Source of the DNA: Bdellovibrionales bacterium
Lineage (GTDB): Bacteria; Bdellovibrionota; Bdellovibrionia; Bdellovibrionales; JAMPXM01
Length of the DNA: 63,205 nucleotides
Assembly: GCA_043739185.1 (NCBI GenBank)
Contig: JAYUEN010000034.1
Coordinates: forward strand, 1-63,205
Direction: 5' to 3'
Shown: piece by piece, positions 17,482 to 27,146 of the stretch
Layout: every line of letters starts with the position of its first letter
Position numbering within the stretch: the first letter of the stretch is position 1
Translations under genes and position numbers: made by a program
Notes under the pieces: model-generated
The model's database searches: none
Told to the model about the DNA's origin: nothing
The model's input: only the letters and a program-made list of their open reading frames with translations

Positions 17482-18711
17482 ATGTTTATTGATCGTATAA
17501 GACATTTTTTATGGAAGAATATCGTTTGGTCCGTCATTATTTTTATTAGTCTCATTTGGTTGAGTGTTTCTTATGGTGTTTATTTAAGCGAAGTCGGAGT
17601 TAAAGACGCAAATATTCAAAGTTATTCCGATGCGATTTGGTGGGGCATCGTAACTTTACTAACTGTCGGCTACGGAGACAAATATCCCATCACTCCTGTC
17701 GGACGTGAGCTTGCCTCGATACTCATGATTTGTGGAGTAGGCTGCGTCGGAATCATCACTGCAAAAGTATCATCTATTTTTTTAGAACAAACCTTGCTAA
17801 ACCGGAGGGGCCGCGTGCAAACGTCTAAACTCAAGAATCATTTTATTATTTGCGGATGGCATGAAGATATGGCGGAGCTCATTCACCATGTTTTAGACTG
17901 CAATCACAATCTTGTTGCCAGAGAAATTGTAGTCATTGCAAATGTCTCGCAAAATGTTCTAGAAGGTTTTTTTGCTGATCCAAGACTTGAAGACCTGCAA
18001 GTGATTTTCGGAGATCACTTCAATGAAATCAATTTGAAACGAGCTGCTCCTGATAAGGCCAGAAAGATTTTAATTTTGGCAGATCGCACGGCCATTCAGG
18101 GTGCGGCTCCACCCACTCCAACCGAAGTTGACGCCAGAACAATTATGACCGCTATGACTATTTCAAATATCGCCCGAGGCACACTAGTAACTGCCGAAAT
18201 TTTAGATCCAAAAATGGATCATTATCTTAAGCTTGCCAATGTGAGTGAAATTATCTATTCAAGCGAATATTCAAGACTTCTTTTAGGCAATGCCTCAAGC
18301 GGTACCGGTATAGCCAATATTGTTTTTGATTTACTTGATAATAAAACCGATGCCCAAATTACCTCGTATCCGATCCCTGAAAATCTCGTTGGCGCGACTT
18401 ATCATGAAATGAAGTTAGAACTAGCAAGACTTCATCCCTATTTGCTGGTGCTTGGCCTGCTTGAAAACTCAGGCAATTCTCATAGCATTAAAGAAGAAGC
18501 ATTAAGGCGAGCGCAGCAAACCCCTGATATGTCGAAACTGGTTCATAATCTGAAAATGGTGAAAGATATCAAATGCAATCATCCCATTTTTCATCCTGAT
18601 CCCTCGATGAAGGTTCCGCGTGGAGCTATGGCCATTGTCATTATTCGAAAAACCAGAACTCAAGGTGAAAAAAATGTCAGCAAAGAAAATATCAACTCGA
18701 ATGCAGCCTGA
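17482..18711 (+). CDS. two-TM potassium channel with RCK (TrkA-N-like) domain
   Basis: Selectivity filter TVGYGD; HFIICGW marks the RCK start. Confidence 0.9.
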   Translation: MFIDRIRHFLWKNIVWSVIIFISLIWLSVSYGVYLSEVGVKDANIQSYSDAIWWGIVTLLTVGYGDKYPITPVGRELASILMICGVGCVGIITAKVSSIFLEQTLLNRRGRVQTSKLKNHFIICGWHEDMAELIHHVLDCNHNLVAREIVVIANVSQNVLEGFFADPRLEDLQVIFGDHFNEINLKRAAPDKARKILILADRTAIQGAAPPTPTEVDARTIMTAMTISNIARGTLVTAEILDPKMDHYLKLANVSEIIYSSEYSRLLLGNASSGTGIANIVFDLLDNKTDAQITSYPIPENLVGATYHEMKLELARLHPYLLVLGLLENSGNSHSIKEEALRRAQQTPDMSKLVHNLKMVKDIKCNHPIFHPDPSMKVPRGAMAIVIIRKTRTQGEKNVSKENINSNAA

Positions 18712-19216
18712 GATTCATCAGTCAACCGGTGAAATTCTAGCCTCACTTAAAAAAGTCGGCCTTTTAAGTGAAATCAAAGACAATGAAAAAGCGCTTGCTT
18801 CTTTCATGAAGTTGATTCGTGAATCGCATTTTAAGCCTGAGCACAATATTTTAGTTGAAGGTGAAGAAGGCGCCCAAATGTTTATTTTAGTAGAAGGTTC
18901 AGCTTCTGTTTTTAAATCTACTCCTGGTGGAGAGCCTTATAAAGTTGCCATCTTAAAATCTGAAATGCGACCCGCATTCGGAGAAGGTGGACTCATTGGC
19001 TCTGAAAAGCGTGGAGCTACCATTCGGACAGAAACCGCTTGTCATTGTTTATTTATTGAGCGTGAAGATTTTGAAAGATTTGCCAGTGAATATCCAGAAT
19101 GGGCTTTGCCCATTTATCGAAGAATCGCACAAAGTGTTATGTTACGATTGCGACAAACCAACGAAGATATGCTTTTGCTTTATAATGCACTGGTTTCTGA
19201 AATTCGTGGGTCTTAA
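18674..19216 (+). CDS. stand-alone cyclic nucleotide-binding domain protein
   Basis: EGEEG, MFILVEG, FGEGGL, RGATIR; overlaps the channel gene's 3' end. Confidence 0.85.
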   Translation: MSAKKISTRMQPEIHQSTGEILASLKKVGLLSEIKDNEKALASFMKLIRESHFKPEHNILVEGEEGAQMFILVEGSASVFKSTPGGEPYKVAILKSEMRPAFGEGGLIGSEKRGATIRTETACHCLFIEREDFERFASEYPEWALPIYRRIAQSVMLRLRQTNEDMLLLYNALVSEIRGS

Positions 19217-19228
19217 CGAAGTCTTTCG

Positions 19229-19315
19229 ATCAGTTTTAACGGCAGCAGAGGCTGTGGGCTGCTGAGCTGTTTCGGTTTCGGTCGCAGTTTACTGAATGCG
19301 GTTGCCGGTCCCTGA
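19229..19315 (+). repeat. dispersed element, copy 3 (overlaps the CLC gene 3' end)
   Basis: ATCAGTTTTAACGGCAGC-N22-GTTTC...ACTGAATGCGGTTGCCGGTCCCTGA. Confidence 0.85.
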
Positions 19316-20593
19316 ACTTATCTTTTTAATAATCAAATGCCACCATTCGACAATTGCAGAATGTTTAGGATGACTAGATTTAATTTGTCCGAGGTAAATT
19401 CCTTTGTCCCCAGAAACGTAATAACTGGCTAAACATGAGATAAACGCAAAAGGTGCTAGCCTCCACCCAAAAAGTTCGCATCCCATTATCGCACAGGTGA
19501 TCGGAACATGGGCCGCACCTCCAAAAACCGCTGCAAAACCCAAGGCGGCCAATACTCCTGGGGCAAGCGGCAGATATTCTGACATTGCACTTCCAATATG
19601 ACTGCCAATAAAAACCAGAGGAACAAATTCTCCGCCCTTCAAACCGCTGCCAATACTTAAAATAGTTGCCAAAAACTTTAATACTGGCATTTGCAAACTC
19701 ACCCTTTCGCTCAAGGCATGCTGAATCTCGTTCAAGCCCAATGATGTATAGTGATAGCTCGCTTCAAAGTAAAAAAAACTCGCAAGTAGTATTCCGCCCA
19801 ATAGATTTCGCATAAGCACTTTGAGTGGCAGCAATTGAACAAGTTTTTGAAAGTGATGATGAGTCCAAACAAACAATCTGGCAACCAAACCAAATAGGAC
19901 GCCGGCGAGCATCACCCATAGAAAATTAATGGGCTGGTAATCGATGCTGCCTGGCCCAGTAAATTGATAATGTGGCGCTCGCAAAAATTGCCCAACCGAA
20001 TAGGCAATATATGAGGCGAGTAAACATTCAAACAATGCGAAAATTCTGAGGCGTCCTGAAAAAATCATTTCCATTCCGAAAATAATTCCAGCCAGGGGCG
20101 CGCCGGTAGCTGCGCCAAAAGCAGCACCTGAACCTGCCACCAATAAGATTTTTCGCTCAGTTGCCTTAATATGAAAAATTTTTGAAAGCTGGTCTGTCAT
20201 TGATGCCGATATTTGCACTGCCGCTCCCTCACGCCCCGTAGATGCCCCAGCAAAATGACTCAAGAGTGTCCCGATAAATACAAAGGGAGCGATGAGAATG
20301 GGAAGCACTCTTTGGGGTTCGTGAATTTCCTCAAAAAGGAGTCTATTACTATCTGAAAATTCAGATGCATACTTTTGAAAAAAATAGGTCAAAAGAACGG
20401 CTATCACCGGAAGAAGAAAAATGGTCTCGCGATGCGCATTTTGAAAAGTCCAGACCCAATTTAAGGAGATGAGAAAGCCTGAACTCGTAAGACCTGCAAT
20501 TAGCCCCACGCAAATACATAAAAAAATCCAACGGAAATAGGCGCGCGTAGCAATCATAAAACCCATGTTAGGCTTCAAGCCACGCTTTCTCAA
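19289..20593 (-). CDS. CLC family channel/antiporter, resembling the CLC-F (fluoride) clade
   Basis: GREGAAVQ, GGEFVP, SNRLLFEEIH (cf. GNNLI..EIH). Confidence 0.85.
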   Translation of the reverse strand: MRKRGLKPNMGFMIATRAYFRWIFLCICVGLIAGLTSSGFLISLNWVWTFQNAHRETIFLLPVIAVLLTYFFQKYASEFSDSNRLLFEEIHEPQRVLPILIAPFVFIGTLLSHFAGASTGREGAAVQISASMTDQLSKIFHIKATERKILLVAGSGAAFGAATGAPLAGIIFGMEMIFSGRLRIFALFECLLASYIAYSVGQFLRAPHYQFTGPGSIDYQPINFLWVMLAGVLFGLVARLFVWTHHHFQKLVQLLPLKVLMRNLLGGILLASFFYFEASYHYTSLGLNEIQHALSERVSLQMPVLKFLATILSIGSGLKGGEFVPLVFIGSHIGSAMSEYLPLAPGVLAALGFAAVFGGAAHVPITCAIMGCELFGWRLAPFAFISCLASYYVSGDKGIYLGQIKSSHPKHSAIVEWWHLIIKKISSGTGNRIQ

Positions 20594-21924
20594 GTGCTTT
20601 GTTTTAGCCTACGAATTCGATATTTCAACCCCACGTCTCGATAGGGCCGAAATGGACTTAAAATTTTATATTCACAACAAAAGTCACAGACCTTACAAGT
20701 TTTTACTTTTAGAAAACTTTTTTGATCACCAAAATATTCAGAAAGCATTTGGTGTCGACATTTTCTCTTTTTCAAATAATTTTCAAGTGCGCCCAAGGAT
20801 TTAAGCTTTCGATTGAGCTCACTTGGGTTTTTACTATGACGCTTGGCCTGCGCCACTTTCATAAGCAGATCCTTTTCAGAATAGAGTGTCAGGGCTCGGG
20901 CAGATCCTTGATCACGTCCTGCTCGTCCGACCTCTTGATAAATCTCTTCAAGGCTTGAGGGGACTTCAAAGTGAACGACCAGACGCACATTGGGATAATC
21001 AATCCCCATTCCAAAGGCACAGGTACAACATAAAATAAAAGCCTCATTTCGATTCATTTCATCTTGAATTTTAGTTCGCATTTGAGCACTTAAGCCTGCA
21101 TGGTAAAATTGAATGAATTGATATTTCTCACTTAAACGACGAGCGACTACTTCGCTTTGCATGCGCGTCGAGCAATAAATAAGAATGCGGCCAGGACGCG
21201 TTCTTTCGATTTCATTCACTGTTAACTGAAGCTTGTTTTCGAAATCAAAACAATTTTCTACCTGCAGAAAGAGATTGGGCCTAAAAAATCCAAAAACAAT
21301 TTCCCTGGGACCACTGAGCTTCAAATATTTCATTATTTCGCATCTCATCGACGGAGTGGCGCTGGCGGTAAGGGCCAATATAGGCGTATTTAACTTATCT
21401 TTTAATTGATCTAGTTTTCGATAGGCGGGTCGAAATTCACTTCCCCACTCAACGATACAGTGAGCTTCGTCAATCACCACAAATTTAATTTGAAGCTTTT
21501 TTAAAAAATCAAGAAATGCATCTTGCGCCAGTCTTTCTGGTGAAACAAATAAAATATAAGAACTTAGACTCTGAACTTCATTTATTATCTTAGCTTTTTC
21601 ATCTGAACTTAAACCTGAGTGCAAACAGCCGGCGGGTATTCCTTTGAGAATTAAACTTCGCACTTGATCATGCATCAGAGCTATCAACGGAGATATGACT
21701 AAGCAGATTCCGCCAAGATAAACCGCTGGAATTTGAAAACAAAGAGATTTTCCGGCCCCGGTCGGCATGACCACTAAGGTATCACGGCGTGAAATCACAC
21801 TCTCAATTATTTCGTATTGTCCATCTCGAAATTTTTCAAAACCAAATCGCTGCTTTAATATTTTAAAAAGTGCTTCAGAATTTTGCATAGGATTTCTCAC
21901 TGCAAAAAGACCGCGCTCATCCAA
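20590..21924 (-). CDS. recQ: RecQ-family ATP-dependent DNA helicase (short form, no HRDC)
   Basis: MPTGAGKS, DEAH, TASAT, QEVGRAGRD; Cys-rich Zn motif. Confidence 0.9.
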   Translation of the reverse strand: MDERGLFAVRNPMQNSEALFKILKQRFGFEKFRDGQYEIIESVISRRDTLVVMPTGAGKSLCFQIPAVYLGGICLVISPLIALMHDQVRSLILKGIPAGCLHSGLSSDEKAKIINEVQSLSSYILFVSPERLAQDAFLDFLKKLQIKFVVIDEAHCIVEWGSEFRPAYRKLDQLKDKLNTPILALTASATPSMRCEIMKYLKLSGPREIVFGFFRPNLFLQVENCFDFENKLQLTVNEIERTRPGRILIYCSTRMQSEVVARRLSEKYQFIQFYHAGLSAQMRTKIQDEMNRNEAFILCCTCAFGMGIDYPNVRLVVHFEVPSSLEEIYQEVGRAGRDQGSARALTLYSEKDLLMKVAQAKRHSKNPSELNRKLKSLGALENYLKKRKCRHQMLSEYFGDQKSFLKVKTCKVCDFCCEYKILSPFRPYRDVGLKYRIRRLKQST

Positions 21925-21950
21925 CCAATGTAAAAATCAATTGGTCTTAT

Positions 21951-22619
21951 TTAAAATTCGAGATCCGAAACTTTGCGGGTTATATCTTTAAAGTAATTCA
22001 ATTTATGAGTTGAACACGAGTGACTAAATTGAAACCACTGGTGATCCTGATTTGATTTTAAGAGACTCGCAAACAACTCTTTACCAACTTCCTTACGAAA
22101 GGCAATGAGTCCCCAGGCTTTGAATTGATCAGCGCCAACTAAATCGAAAGGCTTTTCACAAATCTGCAAAGACTTGCCTTCACTTATACCCAATACACCC
22201 CAGGTCTCAAGACTCTCTTTGGTATCAAAAAAGCCAAAGCTTGCTTGATTTTTAAATTCACAGTCGGAAATCAATTTTTCGACTAATTCTTGAGGTGCAA
22301 AGCGCGTATCAGGCAGGATCATAAGATTCACTTCACTCCATAGGTTTTGAGACTGCAAAATGCTGTCTGGCCATTCCTTTGAAGCTTCAACCAGCATGAG
22401 CTCGACCCCTCGATCGAGCCAATTATCTTCAATATATGAAATCAAGCTCGTCTTCGATTTTCTGGTAATCACAATTGGCTTCAAAGCGTATTTGAGTGCA
22501 AGCTCCAAGGACCAATCTATTATAGGCCGATTGTTTTCTGGATCAATTAAGATTTCTTTCGCCGGCGGCCCCCCGAGACGCTTGCCGAATCCCGCCGCAG
22601 GTATTAGACATAACTTCAT
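21951..22619 (-). CDS. sugar-phosphate nucleotidyltransferase-like protein
   Basis: LIPAAGFGKRL signature; ICEKP. Confidence 0.75.
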   Translation of the reverse strand: MKLCLIPAAGFGKRLGGPPAKEILIDPENNRPIIDWSLELALKYALKPIVITRKSKTSLISYIEDNWLDRGVELMLVEASKEWPDSILQSQNLWSEVNLMILPDTRFAPQELVEKLISDCEFKNQASFGFFDTKESLETWGVLGISEGKSLQICEKPFDLVGADQFKAWGLIAFRKEVGKELFASLLKSNQDHQWFQFSHSCSTHKLNYFKDITRKVSDLEF

Positions 22620-23448
22620 GAGCGCTTCTCTTTCCTCTTCGCCACAAAATTTGGGCATAGTTGTTTTAAGTTTCAATCATCCTGAAATAACCAAACGCAC
22701 GCTTGAATCCGCGCTGAAGCTGCACGCCAATGTCTATTTAGTCCACAATGGAAGTCAAAAAAAATTTTCGGATTTATTAAAGACTCAGTTCAAGCAAATA
22801 TCGCATTTAGAAATTGAAAAAAATATTGGCTATTCAGGTGGAGTTAATTCTGGACTAAAAAAAGTCTTTGAAAGTTCTGAATGGGCCCTCTTGCTTACCA
22901 ATGACTGCACTATAAAAAATTTACCCAATATTCCAAAATTACCCACCATGATTGGCCCACACATTCTGATCCAAAGGAGTTTGCGAACGGATTCGCTCGG
23001 CGGAAGCTTTCAGCCAAAATATGGTCATATTTCACACTGTAAAACTTTGAAAGATTTTGAATTGGCCAAATATCCTTATATTCCCGGTAGTGCTTTTCTC
23101 ATTCATCGAGAAGTCTACTTTAAAACCGGCCCCTTTGATGAAAGCCTTGGTACCTACTGGGAGGACGTCGATTTTTGTCAAAGAGTCGCCCAAAATTACA
23201 AACTTGAAGTCGATCCAAATTGGATCGTGGAGCACGCCCGTGGCAAGACGTGCCATAAGGACCGTCACTATACTTTGTACCTTTTTCAACGCAATCGTAA
23301 GCGCATTTCGATGAAGTACACTGATTTCATTTATAAACCTATTTTGTTTATAACCCTGTGGACGGCGTGGATAAAGTTGTCGTTTCGCCTGATTTTTAGC
23401 TCGAGAAATCAAGATTTGAGGCTCTTGCTTAGGGCTATTAAAGATTAG
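22618..23448 (+). CDS. glycosyltransferase family 2
   Basis: IVVLSFN, NIGYSGGVN, LTND, FDE...YWEDVDFC. The start is uncertain (22618 ATG or 22651 TTG). Confidence 0.85.
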   Translation: MSASLSSSPQNLGIVVLSFNHPEITKRTLESALKLHANVYLVHNGSQKKFSDLLKTQFKQISHLEIEKNIGYSGGVNSGLKKVFESSEWALLLTNDCTIKNLPNIPKLPTMIGPHILIQRSLRTDSLGGSFQPKYGHISHCKTLKDFELAKYPYIPGSAFLIHREVYFKTGPFDESLGTYWEDVDFCQRVAQNYKLEVDPNWIVEHARGKTCHKDRHYTLYLFQRNRKRISMKYTDFIYKPILFITLWTAWIKLSFRLIFSSRNQDLRLLLRAIKD

Positions 23449-23450
23449 CC

Positions 23451-23633
23451 TTATACTAGCCTCGACCAGCGTCTGGTCCAGTTCCGCTTTCTGAAACACT
23501 GAATTTCTAAATAAACTTCTCCTTTTTTTGATTTTTCGCGGTATTTTTTGAATCCTTGAGTCAGCTTTGAATGTAAATGAGCGTGCTTATTTGAAGAATT
23601 GAAGCATCCTGTGCTTATTTTTTGGGCGCTCAT
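23451..23633 (-). CDS. small basic hypothetical protein
   Basis: 60-aa ORF preceded by GAGG; fills the gap between genes. Confidence 0.3.
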   Translation of the reverse strand: MSAQKISTGCFNSSNKHAHLHSKLTQGFKKYREKSKKGEVYLEIQCFRKRNWTRRWSRLV

Positions 23634-23725
23634 GAATGCGCCTCTTGACTCGCCACGTATAAATCAACTAAATTTCAAGGCTGTTTTTACATAACTGTAT
23701 AGCTAAGCTTTGGAGGCTTAATCCT

Positions 23726-24700
23726 ATGACAGACTTAAAAAAAGTCGAATTTGGGCATGCAAAAGCCCTGTCTCTCAGTGTTTACACTTTTTATAAATTC
23801 TTAAATATAGAGCGCGCTGAAGTCGAAAGCATAAGACTCAAAATCCTTGAATTTGGCGCTCAAAATTCGCTTGAAGGCTTGGTTATTTTTGGCCATGAAG
23901 GCATCAATGCCACCATTAGCGGAATGAAACCCCAGCTTGAAGTTTTTATGAATGAATTGGCAGCACTTCTTAAGCTATCAAAACTTGAGATCAAAGAGAG
24001 TCGTTCTGATTTTGCTCCATTTAAAAGTTTCAAAGTAAAAGTACGAGAGGAAATAGTTTCTTTGGGTAAGCCAGAGATTCAACCATTGAATAAAAACAAT
24101 CATTTGAGTCCAAAAGAATTCAATCAGGCAATGAGCGAAGAAGGTGTTGTCGTTTTGGATACCAGAAATTGGTATGAAACCAAAATTGGCAAATTTAAGA
24201 ATGCCTTGGATCCCAAGATCGATGAATTCAATGAGTTTCCCGAGTATTTAAAGAAATCTCAAATTCCCAAAGAAAAAAAGCTCTTGATTTATTGTACCGG
24301 TGGCATTCGCTGTGAAAAGGCAATTGTTGAAATGCAAGCTCAGGGCTTTGAAAATGTCTATCAATTGGATGGCGGAATTTTAAAATATATTGAAGAATTT
24401 CCCAATCAAAACTTCGAAGGCGAGTGTTTTGTTTTCGATCACCGGGTTGCCGTTGATCAAGAGCTTAAACCCACGCAAAACTTTAAAATGTGTCCTCACT
24501 GTGGGCAGCCCTCTGGCGACAAGATTGCGTGTCGAAAGTGCAATCACGATGCGTGGATTTGTGAAAGCTGCTTTCAAGATGAGAACCTTCAAACCTGCTC
24601 AAAGAACTGCGCTCATCATTATCGCAGAAAGCCATTTGTGAAGGGCCGCAGACAACTTCAAGGGCATCGTTACGAAGTCACAAAGCTTAGAGGGCTTTAA
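23726..24700 (+). CDS. trhO: rhodanese-domain tRNA U34 hydroxylase (TrhO/YceA, UPF0176)
   Basis: EGINAT, LDTRNWYE, YCTGGIRCEKA, GGILKY, CFVFDHR. Confidence 0.9.
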   Translation: MTDLKKVEFGHAKALSLSVYTFYKFLNIERAEVESIRLKILEFGAQNSLEGLVIFGHEGINATISGMKPQLEVFMNELAALLKLSKLEIKESRSDFAPFKSFKVKVREEIVSLGKPEIQPLNKNNHLSPKEFNQAMSEEGVVVLDTRNWYETKIGKFKNALDPKIDEFNEFPEYLKKSQIPKEKKLLIYCTGGIRCEKAIVEMQAQGFENVYQLDGGILKYIEEFPNQNFEGECFVFDHRVAVDQELKPTQNFKMCPHCGQPSGDKIACRKCNHDAWICESCFQDENLQTCSKNCAHHYRRKPFVKGRRQLQGHRYEVTKLRGL

Positions 24701-24701
24701 C

Positions 24702-25436
24702 ATGACGACATCAGAGGCTGCACCTAAAAAGCGAATCATCTACAAATCAAAAATTGAAAAAATCATCGATTATACTCCGGATTTTCGCGAGCTATGGCTG
24801 CAATTAACTGAGCCCAGTGAGTTTAGCTTTAAAGCCGGACAGTTTTTGATGCTTCATGTGCCCAAAGAAAATAAGCCCGTTTTAAGAGCCTATTCAATTG
24901 CTTCAAATGATCAAAATAAATCCCAAGTGAAATTGATGTTTAAATTTGTTGAAAAGGGAGTCGCCAGTGAATACGTCTGGCAACTTAAACAGGATCAAGA
25001 AATTCAATTCACCGGGCCATTTGGGAGAATTTTCTTTAAAGAGCCTGTGTCTGAACAGATTATTTTTCTCAATACTGGCTCTGGTGTCGCTCAGCATATT
25101 TGCTTTTTGAGAAGTCATGCCCAGCTACTACGAGATAAAAACATTTCATTTTATATGGGTTTAAGAGCGGAAAAAGATCTGTATTTTGAATCTGAACTCA
25201 AGGCTCTGCAAAATGATTTTAAGAATTTTAAATTTCATTTTGTTCTCTCGCGTCCTTCTGACAACTGGAAGGGACTCAAAGGCTATGTGCAAAACCAAAT
25301 TGAACATCTTAATTATGTCAAAATTCCAACTGATTTTTATATGTGCGGAAACGGCATGATGATAAAAGATGTAAAAGAAAAACTCGCAGCCAAAGGAATT
25401 GGTCCAAGTCAAATCATCTATGAAGCATTTGATTAG
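24702..25436 (+). CDS. FAD/NAD(P)-binding oxidoreductase (ferredoxin reductase family)
   Basis: FKAGQF, RAYSIAS, GPFG, TGSGVA, YMCG, terminal EAF. Confidence 0.9.
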   Translation: MTTSEAAPKKRIIYKSKIEKIIDYTPDFRELWLQLTEPSEFSFKAGQFLMLHVPKENKPVLRAYSIASNDQNKSQVKLMFKFVEKGVASEYVWQLKQDQEIQFTGPFGRIFFKEPVSEQIIFLNTGSGVAQHICFLRSHAQLLRDKNISFYMGLRAEKDLYFESELKALQNDFKNFKFHFVLSRPSDNWKGLKGYVQNQIEHLNYVKIPTDFYMCGNGMMIKDVKEKLAAKGIGPSQIIYEAFD

Positions 25437-25969
25437 GGAGCAAGAGCTTTTACTTTTTGCAAATTGGTTTCGATTTCGACAACTACTGAATTTTCATATT
25501 GAACAAGGCATCGCATCGCTTTTCTCATTGAAGGCTCAAGCATCAACTGACTTTTCAATTCCAATTTTAGAGCATCTGCCTTTAAATAATTGGCACAAGC
25601 CGAAGACTCATAACATCTGAAAATCTCTCTTTGTCCGTGTACCAAGTTTTTTTCTTTACGATAGAATTTCTCAATTCTTAAATCAGGGCCTAGTTCTAAA
25701 ATCGATTCGTGAGGTTGGCCATCAAAAAAGTAAATAGAAATTAAATTGCTGTTTGGTCGTCTCAAGAGTTTAAGATCAAAATGCGCGCCCGAGCTTTCAT
25801 TTAAAAATGCTAGATTTTTAGTTGGGGGGCCCAAGATTGGAGTGCTTATCATTTGCCGAATGCTCTGTTCACACTCCAAATCGAGTCCAAATGCCTGAGA
25901 AGAACTGAGCCCAAAATGCATCAAGAGAATCAAAATTGAGGTAAATCTAAACAACATAACGACATCCAA
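25433..25969 (-). CDS. exported hypothetical protein
   Basis: 178-aa ORF with a signal-peptide-like N-terminus. Confidence 0.5.
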   Translation of the reverse strand: MDVVMLFRFTSILILLMHFGLSSSQAFGLDLECEQSIRQMISTPILGPPTKNLAFLNESSGAHFDLKLLRRPNSNLISIYFFDGQPHESILELGPDLRIEKFYRKEKNLVHGQREIFRCYESSACANYLKADALKLELKSQLMLEPSMRKAMRCLVQYENSVVVEIETNLQKVKALAP

Positions 25970-26194
25970 TTTTTTTTTAAAACAGCGTATTTATTTCAAT
26001 GATTTAAAGCAAATGGCATACCAATATTTGATTACGGCTAATACCGTTTTTGAGAGCTTTTTAAGCCCTTGATGTTTCTTATGCGCTCTTCTATCTATGA
26101 CGTGGCTTCAGATGCGGGTTTCTGGATCAATTAAAGGCGAAATAGGGTCAATTATTGTTACTTATGCTTCACTGGATCTTGGTCAGCGAAGCGA

Positions 26195-26295
26195 TTCAGT
26201 TTTAACGGCAGCTGCGGCGGTCAAGCGTTTGCCTGTTTCAGTTTCGGGTTCGGTATCCGGGTTCGGTTAACTGTTAACGGCTTGCCTGAGGACGG
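26195..26295 (+). repeat. dispersed element, copy 4
   Basis: TTCAGTTTTAACGGCAGC-N22-GTTTC...ACTGTTAACGGCTTGCC; abuts the ferredoxin stop codon. Confidence 0.85.
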
Positions 26296-26529
26296 TCAGT
26301 CGCGATCATTGCCGATGGCTTCTACTGGACAGCCTTCCATTGCTTCTTTGCACTGCTCTTCTTCGATTTTGGTCGTTGGCTGAGCGCTGAGATAAGCATG
26401 ACCGTCATTTTCATTCATCTTAAAATTATTTGGAGCGGCGATACAACAAGCATCACAGGTGATACAGGTCTTATCAACAAAGAATTTCCCGGGCACATTT
26501 TCGGGCCAAATATCATTCTTATCGGCCAT
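26296..26529 (-). CDS. single-cluster 4Fe-4S ferredoxin
   Basis: CITCDACC...CPVEAI. Confidence 0.9.
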   Translation of the reverse strand: MADKNDIWPENVPGKFFVDKTCITCDACCIAAPNNFKMNENDGHAYLSAQPTTKIEEEQCKEAMEGCPVEAIGNDRD

Positions 26530-27085
26530 GACTCATCTCCTTTACCGCCAACTCAGGAAAGCTTTGACGAGCAAACGAATATATTGAAAAAAGTGCTGCG
26601 GTAAACATTAAATCGCCAATAAGAGAGCGTTCGAAAAATGGAATCGCGGCTTCATAGCAAGTGCTCAGTCCTACCCATGTTTGCGGGTACATTCCCGACA
26701 GAAAATAGACCCCAAGATTGGAGATAACAAAAAACAATAAGGCGCCTACTGCCGCCAGCTGAAAACTCGTTTTTACTGGCCAAGCTTTATTTTGGTTTTT
26801 CATTCGCATCCAGCTGCCAAGCAGTACCGAAATTAAAATTGGCGCATAAACAAAAAGTAATTGGGAGTGAAACCCAATTACCCAATCAGATAAAAACATA
26901 GCGGACAAAGGAAGTAAAAGCGCAATATTCTTATTTCTAAAATGAAATCCGCTTAACAAAGCAACTGCCATTATGGGTGTCACATTGAACATATGAGGTA
27001 AAAACCTCATACAAAAGCTAAACGCAAATAAGCTAATAAACATCAAAATTTGACTTGGCTCTAAGTTCATTTTTTTATTTAACAT
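26519..27085 (-). CDS. DUF6580-family putative transport membrane protein
   Basis: RFLPH.FNVTPI, SDWVIGFH, FFVISNLGV, CYEAAIPFF. Confidence 0.8.
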   Translation of the reverse strand: MLNKKMNLEPSQILMFISLFAFSFCMRFLPHMFNVTPIMAVALLSGFHFRNKNIALLLPLSAMFLSDWVIGFHSQLLFVYAPILISVLLGSWMRMKNQNKAWPVKTSFQLAAVGALLFFVISNLGVYFLSGMYPQTWVGLSTCYEAAIPFFERSLIGDLMFTAALFSIYSFARQSFPELAVKEMSHGR

Positions 27086-27146
27086 TATCCAACCCCTTAA
27101 TTGATTTAAATCATAAGCCTAACTATAGCCACTTGCAAGAGCTCCG

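Noticed and set aside
22360..22617. N-terminal extension of the 362-aa ORF and the reciprocal extension of the minus ORF to 22676
   Set aside because: These are antisense overlaps. Family motifs begin only after 22618 on the plus strand and at 22619 on the minus strand.
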